Source: Octopus sinensis (taxonomy: Eukaryota). Taken from it: 64,000 nt of DNA. The notes under the pieces were generated by a model. It saw only the letters and a program-made list of their open reading frames with translations. It made no database searches and had not been told where the DNA came from. This document shows, piece by piece, positions 12,555 through 25,496 of this stretch. The DNA lies in contig NC_043012.1 in NCBI RefSeq assembly GCF_006345805.1, positions 35,216,001-35,280,000 on the forward strand. The letters run 5' to 3'. Position numbers and translations under genes: made by a program. How positions within the stretch are numbered: position 1 is the first letter of the stretch; each line of letters begins with the position of its first letter.

Positions 12555-12960
12555 TCTACTTAAACGTGGCTGTTCTGTAGGAACCGACGTTACTGCTATT
12601 TTTAACCCCAGGAGGACGCCTTCTCCAGCTGGTTATTTGATACAACTTGCGTCCGATATATATCGCAAGAAGGCGAGTGAACACCTACCATCTCTTGCCA
12701 CGAGACCACCAGACCTCACCGTTTCGACCTCTTTGTGGTCATCCTCGGTGGTGGATGACCTCATGGATAGCTGGAGTGAACTACTACTATCTCTAGCGAG
12801 CGATTATCCATCACCGAGGATGACCACAAAGAGTCACTCCCCTGCTCACAATAATATCGGGTGCAGGTTGCATCGAATAACCAGCCGAAGGAAGCGTCCT
12901 CCTGGGGTTAAAAAATAGCAGTAATGTCGGTTAGGGCGGAACAGCCATGTTGAAGTAACG
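12555..12960. mobile_element. MITE-like element with ~100-bp imperfect terminal inverted repeats and an internal hairpin
   Basis: tacttaaacgtggctgttc..accgacgttactgctatttttaaccccaggaggacg.. versus its reverse complement at 12855-12958; inner ctctttgtggtcatcctcggtg / caccgaggatgaccacaaagag. Confidence 0.8.
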
Positions 12961-13145
12961 ATAGACATTACTTCTCTGTAGTGTTACTGCTGTCATCATT
13001 TCAAACTAGTTAATTTGCTTAATATAATGTTGATTTATGGTTTCTAATTAAGGCACAAAAGAGTGAGAGAGAGAGAGAGGGAGGGAGGGAGAGAGAGAGA
13101 GAAAAAAAAGAGAGCAAAGGCAAAGAAAGAAAGAGAAAGAGATAG

Positions 13146-13184
<39 letters not shown>

Positions 13185-14025
13185 GAGAGAAAGAGAGACT
13201 GCGAGATTGTATCTACATTATTAGCAATGACCTTGACACAAATTTTTGTTAAATCTCTGAGTAATGGATGGGGGTGAGGTAGTGAGAGAAAGTCCTTCTT
13301 CCCGACCCAAGTCATCCACCTCACCCTCGCCTTCTAATCCCATTCTTATCCACGCAAACTTTTTACATGATCTTGATTTCACTTAAGGAATTTTCATTTT
13401 CCGTTTTTATTTCATTTTCATTATTTTATATATTTTCACCTTTTTATTTGAAAAATCTCAAACACACAACGCAGAGCGGTCATTGCTCAGAGACAACCGG
13501 GTCCTGGGACTGCTAGAACAACATTCCAGTTGCTGCGGCGGGCTCTGCTAACGCCAGGAAAAAGGTTAATTCCTTATTCATTCTAAACAAGGAATTCAAA
13601 GGGCCCAGGCTTTCGTCCCACTTTTGACTATAAACAGAAGTGTGGCTTTAGAAAGTAAAAGAGATAAATTTCATGGCACTTTGATGGCATTTGACTGCGT
13701 ATTAGAGCAGATCTGCGACAAAGGGATATTCGTTTCACCCTTACCAACCCCAGTCTGATCAGTTTCAACGATTTTCTCCGGTAAAAATTTATTTAAATAA
13801 CACACACATACACAAATGAAGAATGGAGTATATAACATATTTGTTCCATGGTTAACAATTGTTTCAACAACGTGCAAGTAACCAATCATATATATGTAAG
13901 TATGTATGTGTTGTGTGTATATATATATATATAATATATATATTATATATTATATATAACAGTCGCCATGATAGATCGTTAGCCACTACACACTTTTTTT
14001 TCTCTCCTTGTCTTTTCTGTGTCCC

Positions 14026-14060
14026 ATTCTGTAGAAGAGCGTAGGCTCGAAACATATAAG
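14026..14060 (+). ncRNA. Minimal hammerhead-like motif, core CUGUAGA (same repeat family as 26085-26120)
   Basis: ctgtaga-a-gagc-gtag-gctc-gaaac-ata; downstream flank (cacctgtcttcgtcttttgttttt) shared with the 26 kb copy. Confidence 0.45.
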
Positions 14061-14140
14061 ATTTTTTCTATTTCTGAGTGTTATACTAATACATCGTTTG
14101 TTTTGTACATCACCTGTCTTCGTCTTTTGTTTTTTTCGTA

Positions 14141-14188
<48 letters not shown>

Positions 14189-14194
14189 ATATAT

Positions 14195-14236
<42 letters not shown>

Positions 14237-14450
14237 TCAATATAGGGTGACAAAAAATTTTGTAGATTTTTTTGCCCCAGCGGCCCTTGGGAAAAAATTA
14301 ATAGTCATAGACCATTTTTAAGTTCAACATCACAATCAAGGAACGGCCATAATAGGCCATTCACCCACTAGAAATAACAGCCAAAGCTTCAACCGCAAAT
14401 AAAAATCAATTCCGTAAACCAGGAGAAAATTAAAAAACATTTACCCTGTA

Positions 14451-14557
14451 ATTTCTTATACGATGACCCGTTTCATCTACTGTTTAATGGTAAACTAACC
14501 TGATTAAATTAAATCAAGCCAATCTTCCATAGGCCCTTAGATTCATCAGTAAGAAAT
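14451..14557 (-). ncRNA. Type I hammerhead ribozyme (mirror copy)
   Basis: Reverse complement of 15025-15131; stem III reads acgg-gtca-tcgt followed by A. Confidence 0.8.
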
Positions 14558-15024
14558 AGCCAAGTCGGAACAGATATTTTCACGAGGCATTTCCGACACT
14601 GCCACGGCAATATCTGACCTAAAATTTTCAAATCATCGCACTCGCGCCAAATTTATCGGCAGCAAATAAATATAAGCCGTCGATTCCATTACGGAATTAA
14701 CCAGAAAATTCATAATTAATCAATATAGGTGGCAAAAAATTTTGTAGATTTTTTTGCCACCAGCGGCCTAGTGTGGAAAAAATTAATAGTCAATTTAATT
14801 TTTTCCCACTAGGCCGCTGGTGGCAAAAAAATTCTACAAAATTTTTTGCCACCCTATATTGATTAATTATGAATTTTCTGGTTAATTCCGTAATGGAATC
14901 GACGGCTTATATTTATTTGCTGCCGATAAATTTGGCGCGAGTGCGATGATTTGAAAATTTTAGGTCAGATATTGCCGTGGCAGGGTCGGAAATGCCTCGT
15001 GAAAATATCTGTTCCGACTTGGCT

Positions 15025-15131
15025 ATTTCTTACTGATGAATCTAAGGGCCTATGGAAGATTGGCTTGATTTAATTTAATCAGGTTAGTTTACCATTAAAC
15101 AGTAGATGAAACGGTGCATCGTATAAGAAAT
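15025..15131 (+). ncRNA. Type I hammerhead ribozyme, intact core
   Basis: Stem I atttctta(15025-32)/taagaaat(15124-31) 8 bp; CTGATGA 15033-39; stem II atcta/tagat; GAAAC 15108-12; stem III acgg-tgca-tcgt; GUA cleavage triplet 15121-23. Confidence 0.85.
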
Positions 15132-15248
15132 TACAGGGTATGTGTTTTAATTTTCTCCTGGTTTACGGAATTGATTTTTATTTGCGGTTGAAGCTTTGGC
15201 TGTTATTTCTAGTGGTGAATGGCCTATTATGGCCGTTCCTTGATTGTG

Positions 15249-15327
<79 letters not shown>

Positions 15328-15331
15328 AAAC

Positions 15332-15790
15332 CAAGGATTGAACAGACAGAACATAACAAGGGGAAAAAGTTAGACGGAAGTAGACCAAACGGGAAACTAG
15401 ACAGAAACTTAGACAAAGACACGATACACGGAATATTCGTAGTTGAGTTTTCCTCGTCAATCAATGAACCAAAATATCATCATGGTTTCGCACCATTATC
15501 ATTGAGACCACTCAATCTTGGTGGTGCAAGTGCTGTTATTAAGCTACTGGGAAAAAGCTAGCGAATGTATACTGAGACAGAAACAAAGAAGACAATATAT
15601 AAACAATGGTACGAAACCACGATGGTATTTTGGTTCATTGACTGACGAGGAAAACTCAGCTGCGAATATTCCGTGTATCGTGTCTTTGTCTATATTCCCC
15701 GTTCGTTAAGTTTTCGTCTAGTTTCCCGCTTGCTTTACTTTTGTCTAACTTTTTCTCCTTGTTGTGGTTGTTCTGTCTGTTCAATCCTTG
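15332..15790. repeat. Diverged inverted repeat, arms ~15332-15497 / 15605-15790
   Basis: caaggattgaacagacagaac..gacacgatacacggaatattcg..ggtttcgcaccatt versus its reverse complement. Confidence 0.85.
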
Positions 15791-16249
15791 ATACATCCAT
15801 GTAGTGCAATGCACACCCTGTTTGTTCAAATATATATAATAGTTAGGTGGCACCTAAATAGTGTACGATTCTCATAGGGCGAGAAATGAGACTAAATTCA
15901 GTAGTTCATCCAGTAAAAAGACATTTATATTCTTTTCAACAGCTAAATTTGTTCAGAGTCCACTTGGTGTAATCAGTAAAGTGATCGACTGACAAGAGAC
16001 AGTTGAGTATGACTTGTTCTCTCTCTCATACACACACGCGTGCACATACACATACATGTATATATACACCCACACAGAGATAGAGGAGAGGAGAGTAAGG
16101 ATTAAATATAATGTGTTGGTGTTTAAGGTAATCCAGAGTTTCTTTCCAGTGGACGATATCTTAGATCTGTCAGGAGGCTAGGATAATCAGTTCTGAGTTT
16201 AATCACGTTTCCATGCCATACGAGCAACAGAATATTGACAATATATCAC

Positions 16250-16455
16250 ACAATACACGCCACTCTGATTAGGGCGCCTGTCCATCGCAGGGTGAAGTCC
16301 GGCTTTTACTAATACTCGTTTCCAAATGAGTGAACTGAAATGAAATAACAACGGCATATTATACAAAATAGAGCGCATCGCTTGGCATGAGAATCGAAAC
16401 CACAATTTCCTGATCGTGAAACCAATATTCTAACCACTGGGCTACAATGGCTTGA
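16250..16455 (-). mobile_element. tRNA-derived SINE, decayed (related heads at 24945-25100 +, 57690-57790 -, 62240-62360 -)
   Basis: Minus strand tgtagcccagtggttagaatattggtttcacgatcaggaaattgtggtttcgattc = A box plus B box in a tRNA-like head. Confidence 0.65.
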
Positions 16456-16806
16456 CAGTGCAAGGAATATCACTGAACAGATGACGAATTAAACGTAGCT
16501 TCCCGCCCACCGCAAGCGTGTTGAAACTTCGTATGCCACTAAGCGGCCTTAGTTATGAATAGAAAGAATATGCCCACACTGCTTGCTTGTGGAATCTGAC
16601 CTTGGTGAGGGCCGAGAGGAATAATGGTAAAAACGGATTTTCATTTTATTCAATTATTTCGCATTCAACACTTAGACTTATGATGGCATATCGCCTTGTC
16701 AGTTAAACAATGGAAGGATTGCGGGGGTAGCAGCATTGTCGGGCTGTGCTTAGAGTGTCAGCTGGCCTTAATCCTGACATCTGTTAGTCTCTCTGTCTGT
16801 CTGCCC

Positions 16807-16890
<84 letters not shown>

Positions 16891-16899
16891 GTCTGTCTA

Positions 16900-16932
<33 letters not shown>

Positions 16933-18426
16933 GTGTGTCTGTCTGTCCCTCTATCTGTTTTTCTGTCAGTCTGACTTTTGTCTGTCTGTTTGTCTATCTG
17001 TCTGTCTCTCTTCCGGTCTCCTCCCTCTCTTTCCCCTCTCTATATATGTATGAATTCTACCCCCCCCCCCCTGTCATCGTATTCTATTTAGGACACGGTG
17101 ACGAATTCGCACGGCCGTTAGAGGGTCGGACAGGCGGCCTCGTTTGAGAATAAGGATTCTTCCGACTGTGCACTCTGAGTTCAGATCCCACCAGAGACCA
17201 ACTTTGTCTTACGTCCTCTTTTCGGGGTCAGTAAAAGTACTCACCCAGGGTGTTGAATGGGTCGAACTTTTGGAATGTCGGACTGAATGCCTTGCGGTAT
17301 TTCTTCCAGCTGGCCGAATCGTTAGCACGCCGGGCGAAATGCTCAGCGGTATTTCGTCTGCCGCTACGTTCTGAGTTCAAATTCCGCTGAGTTTGACTTT
17401 GCCTTTCATCCTTTCGGGGTCGATAAATTATGTACCAGTTACGCACTGGGGTCGATATAATCGACTTAATCCGTCTGTCTGTCCTTGTTTGTCCTCTCTG
17501 TGTTAAGCCCCTTGTGGGTAGTAAAGAAATAAGTATTTCTTCCAGCTCTTCGTGTTATGAGTTCAAATCCCATAATGGCCAACTTGGGTGGTAGATTTGA
17601 CCTTTCTCCCGGTTTAACAGCACCACCCTTTCCTTTGGGTACATTTAGCAGAGACTGCTCTCTTACAAGCACCCAGGACAAATCTCAGACGTTAGGACAT
17701 CTTTCTTCTTCCCGCCTACCTCGGACACCCCGCAGAGCATCATGGGTAATACCTTTTCTCCTCTTAGATACACGCATTTGTTTGTTTCCACAGTGAATGC
17801 ACGGTTGTACGACTCACTGAAACTTCTATATCCTGGTTCTCCGTCGGTTACGACGACGAATACCCCAGTTGATCCAATCAACGGAACAGTCTGCTCTTGA
17901 AATTAACGTGCATTTGTGTATGTGTATGTTTATGTGTGTGTGCGCGCGTGTGTGTGTTTGTGTGTTTATGTTTGTTCCCACAAGCACCGGTTGACAACCG
18001 GTATCGGTGTGTTTACGCTCCCGTAAATTAGCGGGTCGTCAAATAAGTCCCAGAGTCGATTCATTCGACTAAAAATTTGAGACAAAAGATAAACTTCACT
18101 GACCCTTTAAAAGTTTTCATCGCGAGGGGTTCGAAAACACTCCTGTTCCACATTGAAAAACGTTTCTATTGAGGGCCCTGACCACCAGAAGATGTCAGTA
18201 TCTGGCGTAAATTTGTTGTGATGACTGAGCGACCATTTTGGAATGTTAAAACACTGAACTCTTGTTTTCACTCTCATCCAAGTTTAATGGACGCCAGAGC
18301 AGCGATGAGCCTGGGAAAATGTTTGTTGAGGAGGAGAGAGGGCGCCTTGGTGATTAAGTTGACCTGCTTCGGCATTACCGAAACTAAGTAGCGGGTTTTT
18401 ATATTTCTGTCTGTCTGTCTATTACC

Positions 18427-18579
<153 letters not shown>

Positions 18580-18650
18580 TCTTTCTATCTATCTATCTTT
18601 CTATCTATCTATCTGCCTGCCTGTTTATCTACACACACACACACACACGC

Positions 18651-19371
18651 ACACATTTGAAGTTTCTCAGCCGGAATACTTAAAAGTGAGTTGAGCTAAA
18701 TTTATTATACAATCCGTGTTAACGAAGTGCTAACTTATATATTTACATATACATGTATATATGTATATACGTAAATATATACATACACACACACATATCC
18801 ATTATATATATGTGTGTGCGCGCATTTTTTAATGGGTGTATATTTGTATCTATATGTATATATATATATATACATATGTGTGCGTAAATATATATATATG
18901 TATGTATATATACATTAGTACACATACACAAACCCTCTTATATGTTACAAACACACACACACACACATACATATATACACATGCATTCTTATAAATAAGG
19001 TCATATAATTATTAAAAGTTTCAAAGTAATTGAAAGTCCTTCGTTTGTTTACATATATCTTAGACGCATGTATATATATATGTATGTATACATATGTGTG
19101 TGTGATTATATGTATGAATAGGTGTGTGTGTGTGTGTGTAATTGTATAATTGTACGTTGGTAAACAAGATTAGTAACCCTGTTTAACGACATACAATTAC
19201 AATGGCCTCTGCACCACGTTTCTGCCATCTGCCTGTTATTGAGCTCGTGTCCGTTGTTTTCGGATTTTAACAGACAAGAAGACAAACGTTACACGTCCAT
19301 TCAAACATACCTACATACATACATACACACCTACATACATACATATATGTATATATAATATATATATATAT

Positions 19372-19416
<45 letters not shown>

Positions 19417-19417
19417 A

Positions 19418-19478
<61 letters not shown>

Positions 19479-19709
19479 GCGGCGAGCTGGCAGAAACGTT
19501 AGCACGCGCGGGCGAAATGCTTAGCGGTATTTCGTCTGCCGCTACGTTCTGAGTTCAAATTCCGCCGAGGTCGACTTTGCCTTTCATCCTTTCGGGGTCG
19601 ATAAATAAAGTACCAGTTTCGCACTGGGGGTCGTTGTAATTGACTTAATCCCTTTGTCTGTCCTTGTTTTGTCCCCTCTATGTTTAGCCCCTTGTGGGCA
19701 ATAAAGAAA

Positions 19710-19756
<47 letters not shown>

Positions 19757-19939
19757 ACATATACATACAAATATACACCCATTAAAAATTGCACACGCCA
19801 CCCACATATATATAATATGTGTTGTGTATGTATAATATTTATGTATATGTAAATATATAAGTTAGCACTTCGTTAACACGAATTGTATAATCAATTTAGC
19901 TCAACTCACTGTTAAGTATTCCGGCTGAGAAACTTCAAA

Positions 19940-19945
<6 letters not shown>
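18651..19945. repeat. Inverted repeat of low-copy sequence, arms ~18651-18865 / 19755-19945, enclosing a full SINE
   Basis: catttgaagtttctcagccggaatactta..gttaacgaagtgctaactt is the reverse complement of aagttagcacttcgttaac..taagtattccggctgagaaacttcaaatg. Confidence 0.85.
19478..19712 (+). mobile_element. Full-length SINE family A inserted in (TA)n (others: 6360-6550, 6590-6770, 12010-12230 -, 17310-17535, 23610-23807, 38000-38185 -, 57125-57343 -, 59230-59395)
   Basis: ggcggcgagctggcagaaacgttagc (A box) .. gagttcaaattcc (B box) .. ggggtcgataaataagtaccag .. gccccttgtgggcaataaagaaata. Confidence 0.9.
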
Positions 19946-19975
<30 letters not shown>

Positions 19976-19992
19976 ATATATATATATATATG

Positions 19993-20028
<36 letters not shown>

Positions 20029-20099
20029 TGTATGTATGTATGTATGTATGTATGTATGTACGTACGTGTGTGTGTGTATATATATATATATAAATTAGC

Positions 20100-20144
<45 letters not shown>

Positions 20145-20342
20145 TTCCCCGCTAACATCGCTTGATAACCGATGCTGGCGTGTTTACGTCTCCGTAACTT
20201 AGCAGTTCGGCAAAAGAAACCGATAGAATAAGTACTAGGCTTACAAAATCCTTTAACTCGAATAAAGACGGTGCTCCAGCATGGCCGCAGTGAAATGACT
20301 GAAACAAGTAAAATACTTAAAGAATGAAAGAATATATATATA

Positions 20343-21060
20343 CAGGGTGTACGCAAAAGTATATACACAACAGAGAATGGTTTTAACGTGGGTGATAATT
20401 GAAATACATTTATTTCCAAAATTTAATAGAATCTGCTGATAGAATTTTCGTTTTCGTTTTAAGCACGATTGTTTCCAAACCGAAGTCAGTTCTGATCCAG
20501 ACACTGCTGATAACGCGAAACAATGGAATCGCCAAGATCGAGTAACATTTCGGTTGGTATTTGTGCTTATTCTCGTTCAATGGTCGTCTCTGCTGCATCT
20601 TTTGTATCATAAACTTTATCCTTTAAGAATCCCCATAATAAAGTCTAGTGGTGTAATGTCCGGCGAACGTGGAGGCCATTCTAGTGAACCTCCTCGCCCA
20701 GTCCACTTGTTTGGCAAAATATCATCCAATTATTCCTGGAATTGGGAAAATTGTAACTTTACCTATCCCAGCGTTTCGAAATGCAATGGACGTAGAAATT
20801 TGAAATTCCTGTTTCACGATTCGCTGCCGCACGGGTTTTCTTGGATCCTTGCAAAACGGTTTTAGCATCAATTTTAGCCTTGTGAGACTTGTCGATGGCT
20901 GTCGTATTCCGAAACGTTTCTTGCGAACTTGCTGGACAGTTCCATTTGCTTCAGGCCTGGCTCTAATTCCAGCGAGGAATTGATTTATCAGCTAAAATAA
21001 CCCAGCCAAGTTCTACATTGGGTTTCGGTTCCCCGGACCGATATATCCGGCTGAACCATT
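20343..21060 (-). mobile_element. Internally deleted Tc1/mariner-superfamily transposon remnant
   Basis: Minus strand EWPPRSPDITPLDF..WGFLKDKVY at ~20600-20681; TA|cagggtgtacgcaaaag terminus at 20341; other terminus not seen. Confidence 0.8.
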
Positions 21061-21269
21061 CCTTCACATGTTCTATACACACACACACACGCATGCGTCG
21101 GCGGCATTAACTCGTACCCGAGTAGTTAATCTGTAGCGATTGATTAAGTCTCTTCATCCTGATGGGTACGAAAGGAGTAGATGCCTGAGGTGTTTGTTCA
21201 AGCCACGGGCGACATAGAAAAGCCGGGGGCATTTACCGTGGGGTACAGTTGACGGGGGACGAGGAAGTG

Positions 21270-21810
21270 CGAGTCGCTCTTTGCGTCTGTGATGTCTAAT
21301 CCCTGCCTTTTGACACCTGTTATTTTCCGTCTGGTCCGTTCCCTCGACGGTGACATGTATTCACTTTGGGTGGTCGTTGACGATTGTCACTCAGATACTT
21401 GGGTCATAGAGGAGGCGGCTTTGAGCAGATCTCGGAAACCGAATTTTGGAGCTCCGCGTGGTCTGATGCCCAAGGCTAACTCTGCAAAGAGGAGCTGACG
21501 AGAGAGGTGCGTTTGAGACATACGTATAATGCATCCCGACCAGCATGGGGAATGTTGAGTCACAGTAGCTTCAATGCAGGGCCGTCCGGCCGGAGCTGAA
21601 CCTATTCATTGGTGATAGAGTCCTTCTCTCAAATACTTTTGGTTGCACACGAAGTTTGTGATGTTGGAAACGTTCGCTTTTCTTGACGCCATGTCGATAC
21701 AACAACCACGTCTCACGGCCGTGGAGGAAGGATTGTGAAAAAGGACCATAACTCGGAATTCCTTGGTTTTTGTTTGGATGGTGAGGCCGTGGCTTAGGAA
21801 AAATCATTTT
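21270..21810 (-). pseudogene. RTE (BovB-like) LINE 3' fragment
   Basis: FLHGRETWLLYRHGVKKSERFQHHKLR..IEA..RMSQTHLSRQLLFAELALGIRPRGAPKFGFRDLLK matches the RTE C-terminus. Confidence 0.8.
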
Positions 21811-21846
21811 GGGAGTTTTCCGAAAGCATCCTAAACCACTACCTTA

Positions 21847-21956
<110 letters not shown>

Positions 21957-22140
21957 CCTATCTACCTACCTATCTACCTATCTTCTCTCACCCCTCTCTC
22001 TATATATATAAGTGTGTGTGTGTATGTATAAATGTGTGTATAGGGATCAGAACGGTTTGATTCGATCAAACTGCCCTGATCCATGCATGTAACACCCAAT
22101 AAATGTAGTGAGGGCCCTTCTTTCGTTTGTCCACTCACTC

Positions 22141-22213
<73 letters not shown>

Positions 22214-23807
22214 CTATATATAATAATATGTGTATGTGTGTGCATGGATGTATATATGTGTGTGTGTATGTACACACACACACCACACATACATATATAA
22301 ATGCACACACTCACGCACAACACATGTCTCTCTCGCTCTCTATATATATATATAGACTTACATTTATATATTTATATAAATAGTAATACATTTAAACACA
22401 AAAGAAGCACTCACGTAGGCAAACAATGAGTCGTAAAACATGTTGTGTGTGTGTATCTGTATATATATATATATATATACATATATTATACATATACATA
22501 TATATATGTATATTATATATATATATATATTATATAATATATATATATATATAAATATATATATATACACATATATATATATATATGTTTATATGTATAC
22601 ATGCACATATATATACATAATATATGTATGTATGTATATATATAGATATAGATATGTATATATACATATATATATGTATACATACACACACACACACACA
22701 TATATATACACATACACACGCACACTGAAAAAACACTGCTCACTGTCGCATTCTGTTACATACACACATACACACTCCCTCACATATACACACGTACACA
22801 GACACACATACAAATACACTCACGCATACACGTACCCACACCATCATACACACGCACACCTTCACACACACACACATACACACAAACCAGCAGAGTTATA
22901 CAGCTGCGTCAGTGAATTAAGAAATTTACTTTCACTTCCAGTTAATTCTCAGAATTTTCTTACAATTGTATTTCTGTGTAATCTGTATATATACGTGTAA
23001 GTGCGTGTGTGTGATATCTATATGTGTGGGACGAGGTAAAAAAAAAACAAATAGAATGTGTTAGGTTGACGCTGAGGGAAATTTGAAGAGGTGTTTAACA
23101 TTTCGAGCCCTACCCTCTTCCTCAGGGTGGGCAGATGAGGAAAGAAAAAAAAAACGTGTCTCGATTAGACGGTCACACATACATACACATACACAAACAT
23201 AGAAGCTTGGCCCGAAGCCATAGAAGACACTTTCCCAAGGTATCACGCAGAGCAACTCAACCCGGAGTCACGTAATTGGGAAACACACACATGCACACAC
23301 ACGTACACACACCACTAGTGTAGCTAGATAGAGGCGGATGGTGTGGTCCGCCCTGGGCGGCACTTTTATGGAGGTGGTCCCACATTTGGATCGACTGTAA
23401 GCGATATGTATTTCTGTGAGGGCCCGGGAACAGCAAACAGAAGGCCCGCGCCGTGCGGCACACATTCTAGCTACGCTATCCACACACACACACACACACA
23501 CATAATCTTTTTCCGAGCTAAAGAAACTAAAGAAGGCGACAGAATGTCTGAACGTTTGTGGAAGCGTAGATTCGATTATAAAGAGCGACCTCGTATTCGA
23601 AAGGAGGCGAGCTGACAAAATCGTTAATACATTGGACAAAATATTCTGCGACATTTCTTCTGGCTTTCAGTTCAGAGTTCAAATCCCACCGATGTCGACT
23701 TTGCCTTTCATCGTTTCGGGGCCGATAAAATAAGTACCAGTTAAATACTGGGATCTATGTAATCGACTGTCCCCTCTTTCAGAATTTCAAGCCTTGAACC
23801 TCTAGTA

Positions 23808-24353
23808 CAGTGGTTCCCAAACTTTTTTCTCTGGTCCGCATTTTCGGGATGCAAACTTGCTCGTGCCTCACCACATTTTAAGTGATAAAATGTACATTTA
23901 GAAATAAAAAAAAAAAACAACGACTATCAGTACGTCAAATATAATATGTAACACAAATAACTTATAATATGATTAAAGTGCACAAGTTTAATGAAAGGTA
24001 TGAGCTTGTTATTGACGAGTAATCTCCTTTATTTTCCTGAGTAATCTCATTTCCTCATGAACACAAAGAAGCCTTTCCCTTCTTTTTGGTTTTTGATATT
24101 TGTCAGAAATGAAAATCTTTGTTCCCAGCAACATCTTGTGGACAACTGTAGAAGAATGGATAATTCTTTTGAAGAGACGCATGGATATTGTTCCTGATTG
24201 TATATCCAAAAAGAGTCCAGATATATTTTGAATTTGGAATTCATATTTATATGTGACATGAATTTTCAGTAACTGTTTCTGAAACTTTGATTGTCTTTCA
24301 ACCATTCCGCCTCACTTGCCATCCTCTTCCGCCGCACCGTTTGGGAACCACTG
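23808..24353 (-). mobile_element. Non-autonomous hAT (Charlie/Buster-type) element inserted in a SINE
   Basis: 15-bp TIRs cagtggttcccaaac/gtttgggaaccactg; 8-bp TSD ctctagta/ctcgagta; hAT dimerisation remnant FWIYNQEQYPCVSSKELSILLQLSTRCCWEQRFSFLTNIK. Confidence 0.9.
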
Positions 24354-24777
24354 CTCGAGTAAAAAGGATTATTATTATTTTGTGAGAGAGCAGTGCATGC
24401 CATCAAAGTGACACTGGGGTAGAATATACGAAGCCCAGTATACCCTTCATGACTACCTGTCTGATAAGGGTACACCAGGCATATGCATCACAACAATATG
24501 TGCGCGACATGGTGATCCCATATCAAGATAAACAGCGCATGACCTTGCAGGTGGGGCCCAGTTAGAATTTTCTTCTGGTCGAGTAACCCATCGCACTCAA
24601 AAGGTCCCTGAATAAGGGTTGTTTAAGGATGTTGAATGAAACACCCATGTTTCCAAAGGTGAATTATTCAAACCCCAAAGAATCCCTCTCAACACATGGC
24701 TTTGATGCTCCCCCACTACTACTACTACACTACTACTACTACTACTACTACACTACTACTACTACTACTACTACTAC

Positions 24778-24820
<43 letters not shown>

Positions 24821-25224
24821 GATATATAGCCTGTAGCAGGCTAACCTAGCTTTAGTTTACGAATTTTCCCCCGAATTACACAATTCAGTAAGGGGGAGTT
24901 TTTTCCTTTTCCTTTGTGAAATTTGAGTATACATATTTGTACACATAGAGGAGCGTAGCTAAGTGGTTAGTATTGTACTCATGATTGTAAGATTGTAGTT
25001 TCGATTCCTAGGCCGGGCGATGCGTTGTGTTCTTGGGCAAAACACTTCGTTTCACGTTGCTCCATCCCCCCAGCTGGCAAAAATGAGGAATCCTGGCACG
25101 GACCGGGGTCCCAGCCAGGATGTGAGGAATATATACGCCAGAGAAACCGGGAAACGCAATTTATGAGATTATGGCTCGAGAAAGGACCTTTGATACATGA
25201 TTTCTCTCTCTCTCTCCCCCTCTC

Positions 25225-25279
<55 letters not shown>

Positions 25280-25434
25280 AGAGGAAAAAGAGGAAATAAA
25301 CAGAGAGAGAATGAAAGTGGTGTACATATGTGCGTGAGCGAGTCTGTCCTTTCTCATATATATACATATATATATGCTAATATACAGATTATATATACAC
25401 GCACATATACACATATATATGTGTATCTTTGTGA

Positions 25435-25496
<62 letters not shown>

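Larger units (their letters stand above)
14231..15250. mobile_element. ~483-bp tandem unit (restarts at 14714) folded into a palindrome, arms 14329-14786 / 14795-15250; PLE pLTR- or retrozyme-like
   Basis: 14231-14306 repeats directly at 14714-14791; arms are near-identical reverse complements; flanked by (TA)n on both sides. Confidence 0.9.

Noticed and set aside
15605-15665. Permuted (type II) hammerhead: GAAAC..GUA..CUGACGA; similar order at 28255-28300 (-)
   Set aside because: Stem II cannot pair and stem I is poor.
24945-25030. tRNA gene candidates (also 16390-16455 and the SINE heads)
   Set aside because: A/B boxes are present but there is no complete cloverleaf, and each runs into a SINE body.
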